A stretch of 32,000 nucleotides of DNA from NCBI GenBank assembly GCA_028698185.1, contig JAQVDW010000014.1:11801-43800 (forward strand), read 5' to 3'. The stretch is from Erysipelotrichaceae bacterium (GTDB lineage Bacteria > Bacillota_I > Bacilli_A > Erysipelotrichales > Coprobacillaceae). Of this stretch, positions 19,645 through 28,184 are shown in pieces (the stretch's first letter is position 1; each line of letters begins with the position of its first letter). Under the pieces are notes generated by a model. The model had not been told where the DNA came from. It made no database searches and saw only the letters and a program-made list of their open reading frames with translations. The translations under genes were made by a program, and so were the position numbers.

Positions 19645-21009
19645 ATGGATAAACCTAGAATCAAGGAACGTTATAAACATTTAGTCAACCTCTTTGCGAA
19701 TATTGTTTTGGTCGCAGTTGAAAGCTTCGCTTTCGCCTACAGCTGGCATCACCATTATTCAATAGCTTTGGAGAACCCTTATTTCAAAAACGGGGATATT
19801 TTGGTCGTGTTGTTTTACATGCTCATAATGTTTTTTGTGACCAACACTTTCAACGGTTACCGGATTTCCTATCAACGGACTCTGGACCTTTGCATCACCC
19901 ATATCGTGGCGATCGTGACAACAAATGTGCTGGCTTTTGGCCTTATCTCACTGATTGCGCGGGGTCTGGTTTTCCCAACTTCCCTGTACAAGGTGGCCTC
20001 TTTCCAGGTCGCCTTTGTGGTGCCTTGGATAATTTTAGTTAGATACGTCTACAAATCACTCTACCCGCCCCGCGAGCTGTTTTTCATTTACGGCGACCGG
20101 GCGCCGGTGGAGCTTATCAACAAGTTCAAAAGCCGCGATGACAAGTTCGAGATAATCGGGGCCATGAAATACACGACTTACAGCCGCCGCTTGTATCAGG
20201 AAATCGACAACTACAAGGCGATTGTGGTCGACGATATTCCGGCACAGGAACGCAATGATATCCTGAAGTATTGTTATCAAAAGGGAATCCGCGTCTATGT
20301 GACTCCCAAAATATCGGACATCATCCTCAACGCTTCGGAGAAAGTCCACCTTTTCGATACGCCTTTGTACCTGGCGCGCAATTACGGCATCAAGACATCC
20401 CAGCTGTTTGCCAAGCGGATGGAGGATATCATCATCTCGCTGCTGATAATGATATTGAGTTCGCCTTTCATGTTGATCATCGCCCTGGCGGTGAAGCTGT
20501 ACGATGGCGGTCCGGTATTCTACTGCCAGGAACGGCTGACCAAGGACCACAAGCCATTCATGATGTACAAGTTCCGTTCGATGAAAATGGATTCGGAAAC
20601 CCAGGGGGCCCAGCTGGCCAAGAAAAACGATGACCGGATCACTCCGGTCGGGAAAATCATCCGCCGGCTGCATGTGGATGAACTGCCGCAGATATTCAGT
20701 GTCCTCAAAGGCGACATGTCATTTGTCGGACCGCGTCCCGAAAGGGAGTCGATCCACGAGGAATACAAACAAAGCATTCCCGAATTCGATTTCCGCTTGA
20801 AGGTAAAGGCCGGCCTGACCGGATTTGCCCAGGTATATGGCAAATACAATACCTCGCCTTATGACAAGCTGAAGCTTGATCTGACTTATATTGAAAACTA
20901 TTCCCTGTTCCTTGATATCCAGATCATCCTGATGACGGTGCGGATCCTGTTTGTCAAGGACAACACCGAGGGGATCGATGAAAACCAGAGAACGGCAGAA
21001 AAAAAATGA
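19645..21009 (+). CDS. Polyprenyl-phosphate hexose-1-phosphate transferase (WbaP/CpsE-type 'bacterial sugar transferase', large form)
   Basis: AAGTGAGGA lies 4 nt upstream of ATG 19645. There are N-terminal TM segments and a central Rossmann-like region. The C-terminal catalytic motifs are ...PVFYCQERLTKDHKPFMMYKFRSM...DDRITPVGKIIRRLHVDELPQ...VGPRPE.... Confidence 0.9.
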   Translation: MDKPRIKERYKHLVNLFANIVLVAVESFAFAYSWHHHYSIALENPYFKNGDILVVLFYMLIMFFVTNTFNGYRISYQRTLDLCITHIVAIVTTNVLAFGLISLIARGLVFPTSLYKVASFQVAFVVPWIILVRYVYKSLYPPRELFFIYGDRAPVELINKFKSRDDKFEIIGAMKYTTYSRRLYQEIDNYKAIVVDDIPAQERNDILKYCYQKGIRVYVTPKISDIILNASEKVHLFDTPLYLARNYGIKTSQLFAKRMEDIIISLLIMILSSPFMLIIALAVKLYDGGPVFYCQERLTKDHKPFMMYKFRSMKMDSETQGAQLAKKNDDRITPVGKIIRRLHVDELPQIFSVLKGDMSFVGPRPERESIHEEYKQSIPEFDFRLKVKAGLTGFAQVYGKYNTSPYDKLKLDLTYIENYSLFLDIQIILMTVRILFVKDNTEGIDENQRTAEKK

Positions 21010-22106
21010 TAAAGTTACTTATTGACGCCCGGACCCTGGGAAGCAGTCCTAGCGGGGTCGGCTATTATGCGTACAACTTCATCCTGGGCCTTTACAAGAA
21101 CCCGGATCTGAAGCTTATCCTGGCAAGCGACGTCTGCCAAAGTGACGAGCTCAACCACCTCAGGGATCTGGGGTTGGAGATTGTCAGCTATGGCAAGCCA
21201 ATCAAAAAAAGCTTCAAGGTTTTTGAATATCTTGGATTCGTCGACGGGTTGATCGAGAAATATCAGCCTGACTATTTCTGGGAGATCAACAACCTGCTGC
21301 CCCGGAAAATGTCCGGGCCAAATTGCAAGAAGATAGTGACAATCCATGACGTTTTCCCGCTGTACCAGAAGGATGCCTATGGCCTGGTCTATCGGATTTA
21401 TTTCCGACTGGGCATGGGGGCGACGTTGAGAAACGCCGACATCCTGTTTTACAATTCACAGTCAACCAAGGCTAATTGCGAGAAATATTTTCCAAAAGCC
21501 AAGAAGCTTAAGAATTACATTTCCTATATAATCATGGATATGGAAGAAAAATCTGCCGGCAAAGTAGACAATGACTATTTTCTATATGTCGGCAATCTTG
21601 AATATCGAAAAGGTGTCGATTTGCTGCTTGGTGCGTTCGACCGCTATGTCGCCGGCGGAGGCAAGAAGAAGCTGCTGCTGGCTGGTAAAATCCGCGATGA
21701 CAAGATCGAGGGAATGCTTGGTGACCTGACCAAACATAACAGCCAGATAGAATACCTGGGATATATCGACGAGTCTTTAAAAAACGAACTCTATCAGGGT
21801 TGTTCAGCCTTCGTCTTCCCATCACGGGCCGAGGGATTCGGGATGCCGGTAATCGAGGCATCGCTGTACCACAAACCGGTGATCATTTCGAAAATCGATG
21901 TGTTCGAGGAGCTCATGGGTGACAACGCCTATTACTTCAAGCTAGACAAAAGCAATGAGGCGTCGGTGGATAATCTTGTTGAAGTCCTGCGACTCGATGA
22001 CTTTGAATGCAAGATATCGAATCCGGAAGGCTACTTTGCAAGATTTGGCGAAGAAAACCTGAGCCGCAACATTTACGGAATTTTAAAGGAAAACCAAGAT
22101 GGCTAA
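21006..22106 (+). CDS. GT4-family (group 1) glycosyltransferase
   Basis: ...VFPSRAEGFGMPVIEASLYHKPVI... is an EX7E-type motif. The start overlaps the upstream stop (ATGA). Confidence 0.85.
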   Translation: MIKLLIDARTLGSSPSGVGYYAYNFILGLYKNPDLKLILASDVCQSDELNHLRDLGLEIVSYGKPIKKSFKVFEYLGFVDGLIEKYQPDYFWEINNLLPRKMSGPNCKKIVTIHDVFPLYQKDAYGLVYRIYFRLGMGATLRNADILFYNSQSTKANCEKYFPKAKKLKNYISYIIMDMEEKSAGKVDNDYFLYVGNLEYRKGVDLLLGAFDRYVAGGGKKKLLLAGKIRDDKIEGMLGDLTKHNSQIEYLGYIDESLKNELYQGCSAFVFPSRAEGFGMPVIEASLYHKPVIISKIDVFEELMGDNAYYFKLDKSNEASVDNLVEVLRLDDFECKISNPEGYFARFGEENLSRNIYGILKENQDG

Positions 22107-23358
22107 TATAAAACACAGTGCAAAAGAAATCTTAAAGAAAATAATTCCCGAGGATGTCCGCCGCAACCTTAAGATCAAGGTCATGGAACGCCGGGTGGGT
22201 GAAATCGTCAGCAAGATCCAGACGGAATACGACCCGGAAGCCCATGATTTTGGAATCAATCTATTCGGCAACATCAAGGCGGAAATCGGCCTTGGTCAAA
22301 GCATGCGTCTTGTGGCCAATGCCCTGGAGGAATCGGGGATACCTTTCACCATCTACAACCTGGATTTTTCCGGAAACATCTCCAAAGGCGACGAAAGCTT
22401 CGACCATAAGATAACAAACACCTACCCTTATGGCATCAATCTGTTCCATATCGAGCCATATGAGCTGGGCCTGGCCTGGATTAACCTGCCCGACGAGGTG
22501 TTCAAGTCGCGCTACAATATCGCCTACTGGCTCTGGGAACTAGAGGTGTTTCCGCCGGAATGGGAATTCCCGATTCCGGTCCTGGATGAGATCTGGACGC
22601 CGTCCCGGTTTGTGACTTCAAGCATCCAGAAGGTGACCGACAAACCGGTCATCACAATTCCCTATCACCTTATTGTCGACACCAATACCCGCTTTGACCG
22701 GGCGTATTTCGATTTGCCTGAGGACAAGTTTCTGGTTTTGGCGATGTACGATGTCAACTCCTCGGCCCATCGCAAGAATCCAGTCGACGCCGTGAAGGCC
22801 TATGTCGAGGCTTTTGGCGGCACGAACAAGGAAGTCGGACTGGTGTTGAAGGTCAACAATCCCAGCCAGAAGGATTTGGACCGTCTGCTGGATCTGACCA
22901 AGGATTGCGCCGATGTCTTTTTGGTGTCCAAACGGTTGAGCAAGGAAGAGGTCGACTCGCTGATCAAGTGTGTCGATGTGTTCATCTCGATGCACCGGGC
23001 CGAAGGGTTCGGCCTGGTAATGGCCGAAGCCATGGCGCTATCAACGGTCTGCGTGGCGACCGACTGGTCATCGAATACCGAATTCATGAATGACGAGGTC
23101 GCCTGCATGGTCGATTACGACATCGTGGAAATCGAAGTCAACGACCTTTGGTACCGCAAGGGCAACCACTGGGCCCAGCCAAAAGTCGCCAGCGCGGCCA
23201 AATGCCTGAACCGGCTCTATGAAGACAAGGAATATTACAGCAGGCTCCAAAAAAATGCCTTGGAACATATCCGCGTCAAACTCGGACAGGAGCAGTCGAC
23301 TCAATTAATAAAATCACGTTTAGAAAATATCGAGGACAGATTCAATGAAAAGATTTAG
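22099..23358 (+). CDS. GT4-family (group 1) glycosyltransferase
   Basis: ...SMHRAEGFGLVMAEAMALSTVCVATDWS.... The N-terminal ...GINLFGNIKAEIGLGQSMRLVANALEESGIPF... is typical of O-polysaccharide-type GT4 enzymes. AAAGGAAA SD lies upstream. Confidence 0.8.
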   Translation: MANIKHSAKEILKKIIPEDVRRNLKIKVMERRVGEIVSKIQTEYDPEAHDFGINLFGNIKAEIGLGQSMRLVANALEESGIPFTIYNLDFSGNISKGDESFDHKITNTYPYGINLFHIEPYELGLAWINLPDEVFKSRYNIAYWLWELEVFPPEWEFPIPVLDEIWTPSRFVTSSIQKVTDKPVITIPYHLIVDTNTRFDRAYFDLPEDKFLVLAMYDVNSSAHRKNPVDAVKAYVEAFGGTNKEVGLVLKVNNPSQKDLDRLLDLTKDCADVFLVSKRLSKEEVDSLIKCVDVFISMHRAEGFGLVMAEAMALSTVCVATDWSSNTEFMNDEVACMVDYDIVEIEVNDLWYRKGNHWAQPKVASAAKCLNRLYEDKEYYSRLQKNALEHIRVKLGQEQSTQLIKSRLENIEDRFNEKI

Positions 23359-24121
23359 AGAAATATACAACTATCGGGAAATGATCAACGGTCTGGTCAG
23401 AAAAGACCTTAGGGGCCGCTACAAAGGTTCCGTGCTTGGTTTTGCCTGGACTTTCATCAACCCCTTGCTGCAGCTGCTCGTCTACACCATGGTGTTTTCG
23501 GTCATCATGCGTAACGGAATTCAGGATTATTATGTGTTCCTGTTTGTGGCCCTGGTGCCATGGATTTTCTTTTCGGCTTCAATAACCGGCGGTTCTTCAT
23601 CGGTGCTAGCCTCAGGTGACATGGTCAAGAAGATCTATTTCCCCCGGGAAGTGTTGCCCATCGCCTACGTGACAAGCGCTTTTGTCAACATGGTTTTAAG
23701 CTTTGTGGTTGTGCTGCTTGTCTTGCTTGTCACGGGATATGGGATCAATTTTGTGGCTTTGTTATATCTTCCAATCATCATGCTTGTGGAATATCTGCTG
23801 GCTTTGGGAATCGCTTTTATCACATCGGCCTGCACGGTCTATCTGCGCGATTTGGAATATATCCTGGGAATCATCGCCATGGCCTGGCAGTTTTTGACAC
23901 CGGTTATGTATGCTTCCGACATGGTGCCCGATCGGCTTTTGCCAATCTGGAATTTGAATCCGATGAAATCGGTAATCGAAGCTTACCGGGATATTCTCTA
24001 CTACCAGCAAGTGCCGCAACTGAGCACCCTGTTGGTGGCGGTCTTGTTGGGGGTGGGCTTCCTTATTGTCGGAGCCATCGTATTTGACAAACTTCAAAAA
24101 GGTTTTGCAGAGGAATTATAA
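23345..24121 (+). CDS. wzm: ABC-2-type polysaccharide exporter permease
   Basis: ...YRELI-type start (YREMINGLVRKDLRGRYKGSVLGFAWTFINPLLQLLVY) and six hydrophobic segments. It lies directly upstream of the matching ATPase. Confidence 0.9.
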   Translation: MKRFREIYNYREMINGLVRKDLRGRYKGSVLGFAWTFINPLLQLLVYTMVFSVIMRNGIQDYYVFLFVALVPWIFFSASITGGSSSVLASGDMVKKIYFPREVLPIAYVTSAFVNMVLSFVVVLLVLLVTGYGINFVALLYLPIIMLVEYLLALGIAFITSACTVYLRDLEYILGIIAMAWQFLTPVMYASDMVPDRLLPIWNLNPMKSVIEAYRDILYYQQVPQLSTLLVAVLLGVGFLIVGAIVFDKLQKGFAEEL

Positions 24122-25419
24122 TGGATAAAAATAATGCGATTGAAGTAAGACATCTTACAAAACGATTCAAAGTATATTATGACAAAGGCAACAGCTTCAA
24201 GGAAAGGCTTCTTTTCAAGGAACGCAACGCCCATGAAGATCGCTGGGTCATCAACGATATCAGTTTCGATGTCAAAAAAGGTGAAGCGATCGGTCTGGTC
24301 GGCCACAACGGCTGTGGGAAAAGCACGACTCTCAAGCTGCTCTCTAAAATCATCTATCCCGATTCAGGGACGATTGAAATGGCGGGCCGGGTTTCGAGCC
24401 TGATCGAGCTAGGTGCGGGCTTCCACAAGGACATGACCGGCCGGGAAAACATCTACACCAATGCGGCGATATTCGGTCTTACCCGCAAGGAGATCGATTC
24501 GAGGCTTGATGACATTATCGCCTTTTCGGAACTCGAAGAATTCATCGACAATCCGGTAAGGACCTACTCCTCAGGGATGTACATGCGTCTGGCGTTTTCG
24601 GTTGCGATCAATGTCGATGCCGACATCCTGCTTATCGACGAGATCCTGGCGGTAGGTGATGCCGGATTCCAGACCAAATGTTTCAACAAGCTCAAGGAAA
24701 TCAAGTCAAACGGGACGACCATCGTCATCGTTTCCCATTCATTAGGTCAGATCGAACAGATCTGCGAACGGTCAATCTGGATCCATGAAGGCAAGATCGA
24801 AGCCGAGGGGAAACCGCGTGACGTCCATCCCCAATACCTTGATTACATGGCGCAGCAACGCAGCATCATCGCCGAAAAGGAAGCTAAACGGTTGAAGGAA
24901 AAAGAAGCCAAGGAACATCCGGAGGCGCAAAAGCAAGCCGATGCACAGACAGCTAAGGAAGAAGAAGCGACCGAAAAGTCCAAGGAAAAGAAAGTCAAGA
25001 CCCGCTGGGGCAACGGCGATTGCAAAGTTACGGAAGTGCGGATGATGGATTCCCGCAACATTGCCAACACCTCGTTCAACACCGGGGAAAAGGTTGTCAT
25101 CGAAGTCGATTACCAGGTGATCAAGAAGGTCAGTGATGGAGTCTTCGGTATCGGTATTTTCCGTTCCGACGGGGTCCATATCTACGGGACGAACACCAGA
25201 ATCGACAATCTCGAAGTGTTCGACATCTTACAGGATGGGACATACAAGATAACGCTGGACCATCTCGAACTGCTCCCAGGAAACTACATTCTCGATGTTT
25301 CAATAGAGTGTGACCAGGGGATTCCGGTTGATTTCTACAAGAATGCGGTGAAATTCGACGTATTTGCCAGAATCGGCGATGTCGGCGTTTCCCGTCTGGC
25401 ACATCACTGGGATATCTGA
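24121..25419 (+). CDS. wzt: Polysaccharide ABC exporter ATP-binding protein with a C-terminal Wzt_C-like carbohydrate-binding domain
   Basis: Walker A is GHNGCGKST, the signature is YSSGMYMRLAFS and Walker B is LLIDEILAVGD. A Lys/Glu-rich linker (24871-24999) follows, then a beta-rich ~140-aa domain (...VTEVRMMD...GEKVVIEVDY...FGIGIFRSDGVHIYGTNT...LLPGNYILDVSI...). Confidence 0.9.
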   Translation: MDKNNAIEVRHLTKRFKVYYDKGNSFKERLLFKERNAHEDRWVINDISFDVKKGEAIGLVGHNGCGKSTTLKLLSKIIYPDSGTIEMAGRVSSLIELGAGFHKDMTGRENIYTNAAIFGLTRKEIDSRLDDIIAFSELEEFIDNPVRTYSSGMYMRLAFSVAINVDADILLIDEILAVGDAGFQTKCFNKLKEIKSNGTTIVIVSHSLGQIEQICERSIWIHEGKIEAEGKPRDVHPQYLDYMAQQRSIIAEKEAKRLKEKEAKEHPEAQKQADAQTAKEEEATEKSKEKKVKTRWGNGDCKVTEVRMMDSRNIANTSFNTGEKVVIEVDYQVIKKVSDGVFGIGIFRSDGVHIYGTNTRIDNLEVFDILQDGTYKITLDHLELLPGNYILDVSIECDQGIPVDFYKNAVKFDVFARIGDVGVSRLAHHWDI

Positions 25420-25510
25420 GCGCTTCAAAATCCCGGTCTTTAACGACTTTGATGAATGCGACAATGCGATTGGCCAAGTCAATTGCGAAAAGATGAAAAT
25501 GGAGAATATT

Positions 25511-25915
25511 ATGGCTAAAGATATAATTGATGTGGAAGAAATAATGACCCAGATCCGTGAGGAAATCAAGGAAAAGGGGTATCAACTTTCGGATCTTAGT
25601 TTCGACGATATTGAATTGAGCAAGGATTTTCATAACGATTTCGAGGAAAGCTACGAGGAGAACCTGAAGTATCTCAATTCATATTTTGCAGTACAGTCCT
25701 ATCTGCCTCTTGTTGGCAACCCGTTGTTTGTTTTTGTCAAGAAGGTCATCCGCAAACTGACTTTTTTCTATGTCAATCCGATTTCCGAGCAACAGACGAA
25801 TTTCAACCTCAGGCTGACCCGGGTTATCAATGAACAGCATGCAATGATCGAGGAGTTGAAAGAAGAGCTGGAAAATCAATACAAATATATTGAAAAGCTA
25901 GAAAACAGAGAGTAG
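25511..25915 (+). CDS. Small (about 134 aa) acidic, coiled-coil-ending protein of unknown function
   Basis: GGAGAA lies 4-5 nt upstream of ATG 25511, which is preferred over the upstream in-frame ATGs at 25364, 25493 and 25499. The sequence is MAKDIIDVEEIMTQIREEIKEKGY...FVKKVIRKLTFFYVNPISEQQTNFN...MIEELKEELENQYKYIEKLENRE. Confidence 0.6.
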   Translation: MAKDIIDVEEIMTQIREEIKEKGYQLSDLSFDDIELSKDFHNDFEESYEENLKYLNSYFAVQSYLPLVGNPLFVFVKKVIRKLTFFYVNPISEQQTNFNLRLTRVINEQHAMIEELKEELENQYKYIEKLENRE

Positions 25916-25917
25916 GT

Positions 25918-27015
25918 ATGACGATGAGATTATTCCAGGTACTAACGACAATTTCATTTGGCGATGCCGTTTCCAATGACACCCTGGCCTTGCATGACAC
26001 CCTGGCAAAACAGGGCTATGCGACAAAGGTTTTCGCGGAAAATATCGATGAGCGCCTGCAAAAAAAGCACAAGCACATCAGTCCCATCAAAAAACTCAAG
26101 GTTGCTAGAGACGATGTGATAATCTACCATATGTCGACGGGGACGAAGCTCAACTACGACATCGCGGAATACAAGTGCAAGAAAATAATGATCTATCACA
26201 ATGTGACTCCGCCGGAGTTTTTCAAAGGCTATTCCAATATCGCCTACAATCTTTGCGACCAGGGCCGGCAGGCCTTGGAATTTCTCAAGGACAAGTTCGA
26301 CTACGTCATCGGTGATTCCCAGTACAATATCGATGAGCTCAAAAAGATCGGATTCACTGCCCCGATGCGGGTGCTGCCGATCCTCATCCCGTTTGATGAC
26401 TACAGCAAAAAACCGAGCAGCAAGATCGTCTTCAAGTACAAGGATGATGGCTACACAAACATCCTTTTCACCGGACGCATCGCCCCCAACAAGAAACAGG
26501 AGGATGTCATCAGCGCCTTCTATCATTACAAAAAGTACTACAATCCCAAATCGCGCCTGTTTTTGGTGGGCAACAGCTCCGGCATGGAGTCGTATCAAAA
26601 AAGACTGGATGATTATGTGGCGGCTCTAGGCGTGGAGGATGTGATTTTCACCGGCCATATCCCGTTTGACCAGATCCTGGCCTACTATACGCTGGCGGAT
26701 TTGTTTTTGTGCATGTCGAATCACGAAGGTTTCTGTGTTCCGGTTGTCGAGGCGATGCAATTTGCGATCCCGGTTGTCGCCTACAATTCTTCGGCGGTTC
26801 CCGACACGCTTCAAGGTGGCGGCCTGGTGGTGGACACCGACAATCCGCTGGAAGTTGCCGGGGTGATGAACCATCTGCTCACCAACGCCGAGTTGAAAGA
26901 CACAATCCTGAAAAACCAGAAGGCGCGCCTGGCCAGCCTGGGACATGAAGTCGTCGAAGCCCGGTTTCTGGATTACCTGAAAGAATTTTTGGAGAACTGT
27001 TATGAAAAACAATAA
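25918..27015 (+). CDS. GT4-family (group 1) glycosyltransferase
   Basis: ...MSNHEGFCVPVVEAMQFAIPVVAYNSSAVPDTL.... The alternative start ATG 25924 (MRLFQV...) has better SD spacing. Confidence 0.85.
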   Translation: MTMRLFQVLTTISFGDAVSNDTLALHDTLAKQGYATKVFAENIDERLQKKHKHISPIKKLKVARDDVIIYHMSTGTKLNYDIAEYKCKKIMIYHNVTPPEFFKGYSNIAYNLCDQGRQALEFLKDKFDYVIGDSQYNIDELKKIGFTAPMRVLPILIPFDDYSKKPSSKIVFKYKDDGYTNILFTGRIAPNKKQEDVISAFYHYKKYYNPKSRLFLVGNSSGMESYQKRLDDYVAALGVEDVIFTGHIPFDQILAYYTLADLFLCMSNHEGFCVPVVEAMQFAIPVVAYNSSAVPDTLQGGGLVVDTDNPLEVAGVMNHLLTNAELKDTILKNQKARLASLGHEVVEARFLDYLKEFLENCYEKQ

Positions 27016-28183
27016 AATTGCCTTTGTGGTGCAACGCTATGGTGAAGAGGTCAACGGCGGTGCCGAGCTATTGTGCCGTCAGCTCGCGGAAAAAATGATT
27101 GCCATCTATCCGAATATCGAAGTGTTGACTACCAAGGCAATAGATTATACGACCTGGGCCAACGAATACCCGGGGAACCTTGAAACAATCAACGGGGTCG
27201 CTGTGCGCCGGTTCCCGGTAGCCAAGGAGCGCAGCCAGAAGGAGTTCGACAATATCAACGGGCTTTTCATGGCGGGGCAGCTGGCTAAGGAAAGGGAAGT
27301 CGAATGGATCGAAAAGCAGGGTCCTTATGCACCGGAGCTGGTGCAATACATCAAGGACCACAAGGAAGACTATGATCTTTTTGTCTTCTTCACTTATCTT
27401 TACTATCCGACGGTAATCGGCATCAAGGAAGTCAAGGAAAAGGCCATCCTGGTGCCCCATGCCCATGACGAACCTTTCTTGAAGATGGAAGAGTATCAAA
27501 ACCTGTTCAAATCGCCCCGGGCGTTTTTCCTGAACACCGATGAGGAAAAGGAAATGCTTCAGGGAAAATTTGATATCGATGTCCCGATTGATATCGGCGG
27601 GGTGGGTATCGACCTGCCTGAAAGCATCGACGGTTCCCGGTTCAAAGAGAAATACCAGCTTGATGACTATATCGTCTATGTGGGCCGGATTGACGAGGGC
27701 AAGAACTGCCACATTCTGTTCAAATACTTCAAGGAGTTCAAAAAACGGAATCAAGACAGTCTTAAACTGGTATTGATGGGCAAACCGGCAATGCCCATCC
27801 CCAAGGACAATGATATTGTCTCGCTGGGCTTTGTGAGCGAACAGGACAAATATGACGGAATCAAGGGAGCCAAGATCCTGGTTCTTCCCAGCGAGTTTGA
27901 ATCGCTGTCGATGGTCGTCCTCGAGGCGATGAGCGTGGGAACGCCAGTCCTGGTTTATGGCAAATGCCCGGTGCTCAAGGGCCATTGCCTGAAAAGCAAC
28001 GGGGCTTTGTATTACAACAACTATTTCGAGTATGAAGCGGCGGTCAATTTCCTGATGGACAATCCGGAAAAAGTGGCGACAATGAAGCTGAATGCCAAAA
28101 AATATGTCGACGACAATTATCAGTGGGATGTCATAACCGGAAGGTTGGACCGGCTGATGGAAAGGGTTATGGAGGTGGATTAA
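27002..28183 (+). CDS. GT4-family (group 1) glycosyltransferase, paralogue A
   Basis: GGAGAA SD lies upstream. Motifs are ...VNGGAELLCRQLAE... and ...PSEFESLSMVVLEAMSVGTPVLV.... Confidence 0.8.
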   Translation: MKNNKIAFVVQRYGEEVNGGAELLCRQLAEKMIAIYPNIEVLTTKAIDYTTWANEYPGNLETINGVAVRRFPVAKERSQKEFDNINGLFMAGQLAKEREVEWIEKQGPYAPELVQYIKDHKEDYDLFVFFTYLYYPTVIGIKEVKEKAILVPHAHDEPFLKMEEYQNLFKSPRAFFLNTDEEKEMLQGKFDIDVPIDIGGVGIDLPESIDGSRFKEKYQLDDYIVYVGRIDEGKNCHILFKYFKEFKKRNQDSLKLVLMGKPAMPIPKDNDIVSLGFVSEQDKYDGIKGAKILVLPSEFESLSMVVLEAMSVGTPVLVYGKCPVLKGHCLKSNGALYYNNYFEYEAAVNFLMDNPEKVATMKLNAKKYVDDNYQWDVITGRLDRLMERVMEVD

Positions 28184-28184
28184 G

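Noticed and set aside
24871-24999. A purine-rich, low-complexity stretch as a possible DNA repeat or insertion
   Set aside because: It stays in frame within wzt and encodes a Lys/Glu-rich linker. I saw no exact nucleotide tandem repeat unit.
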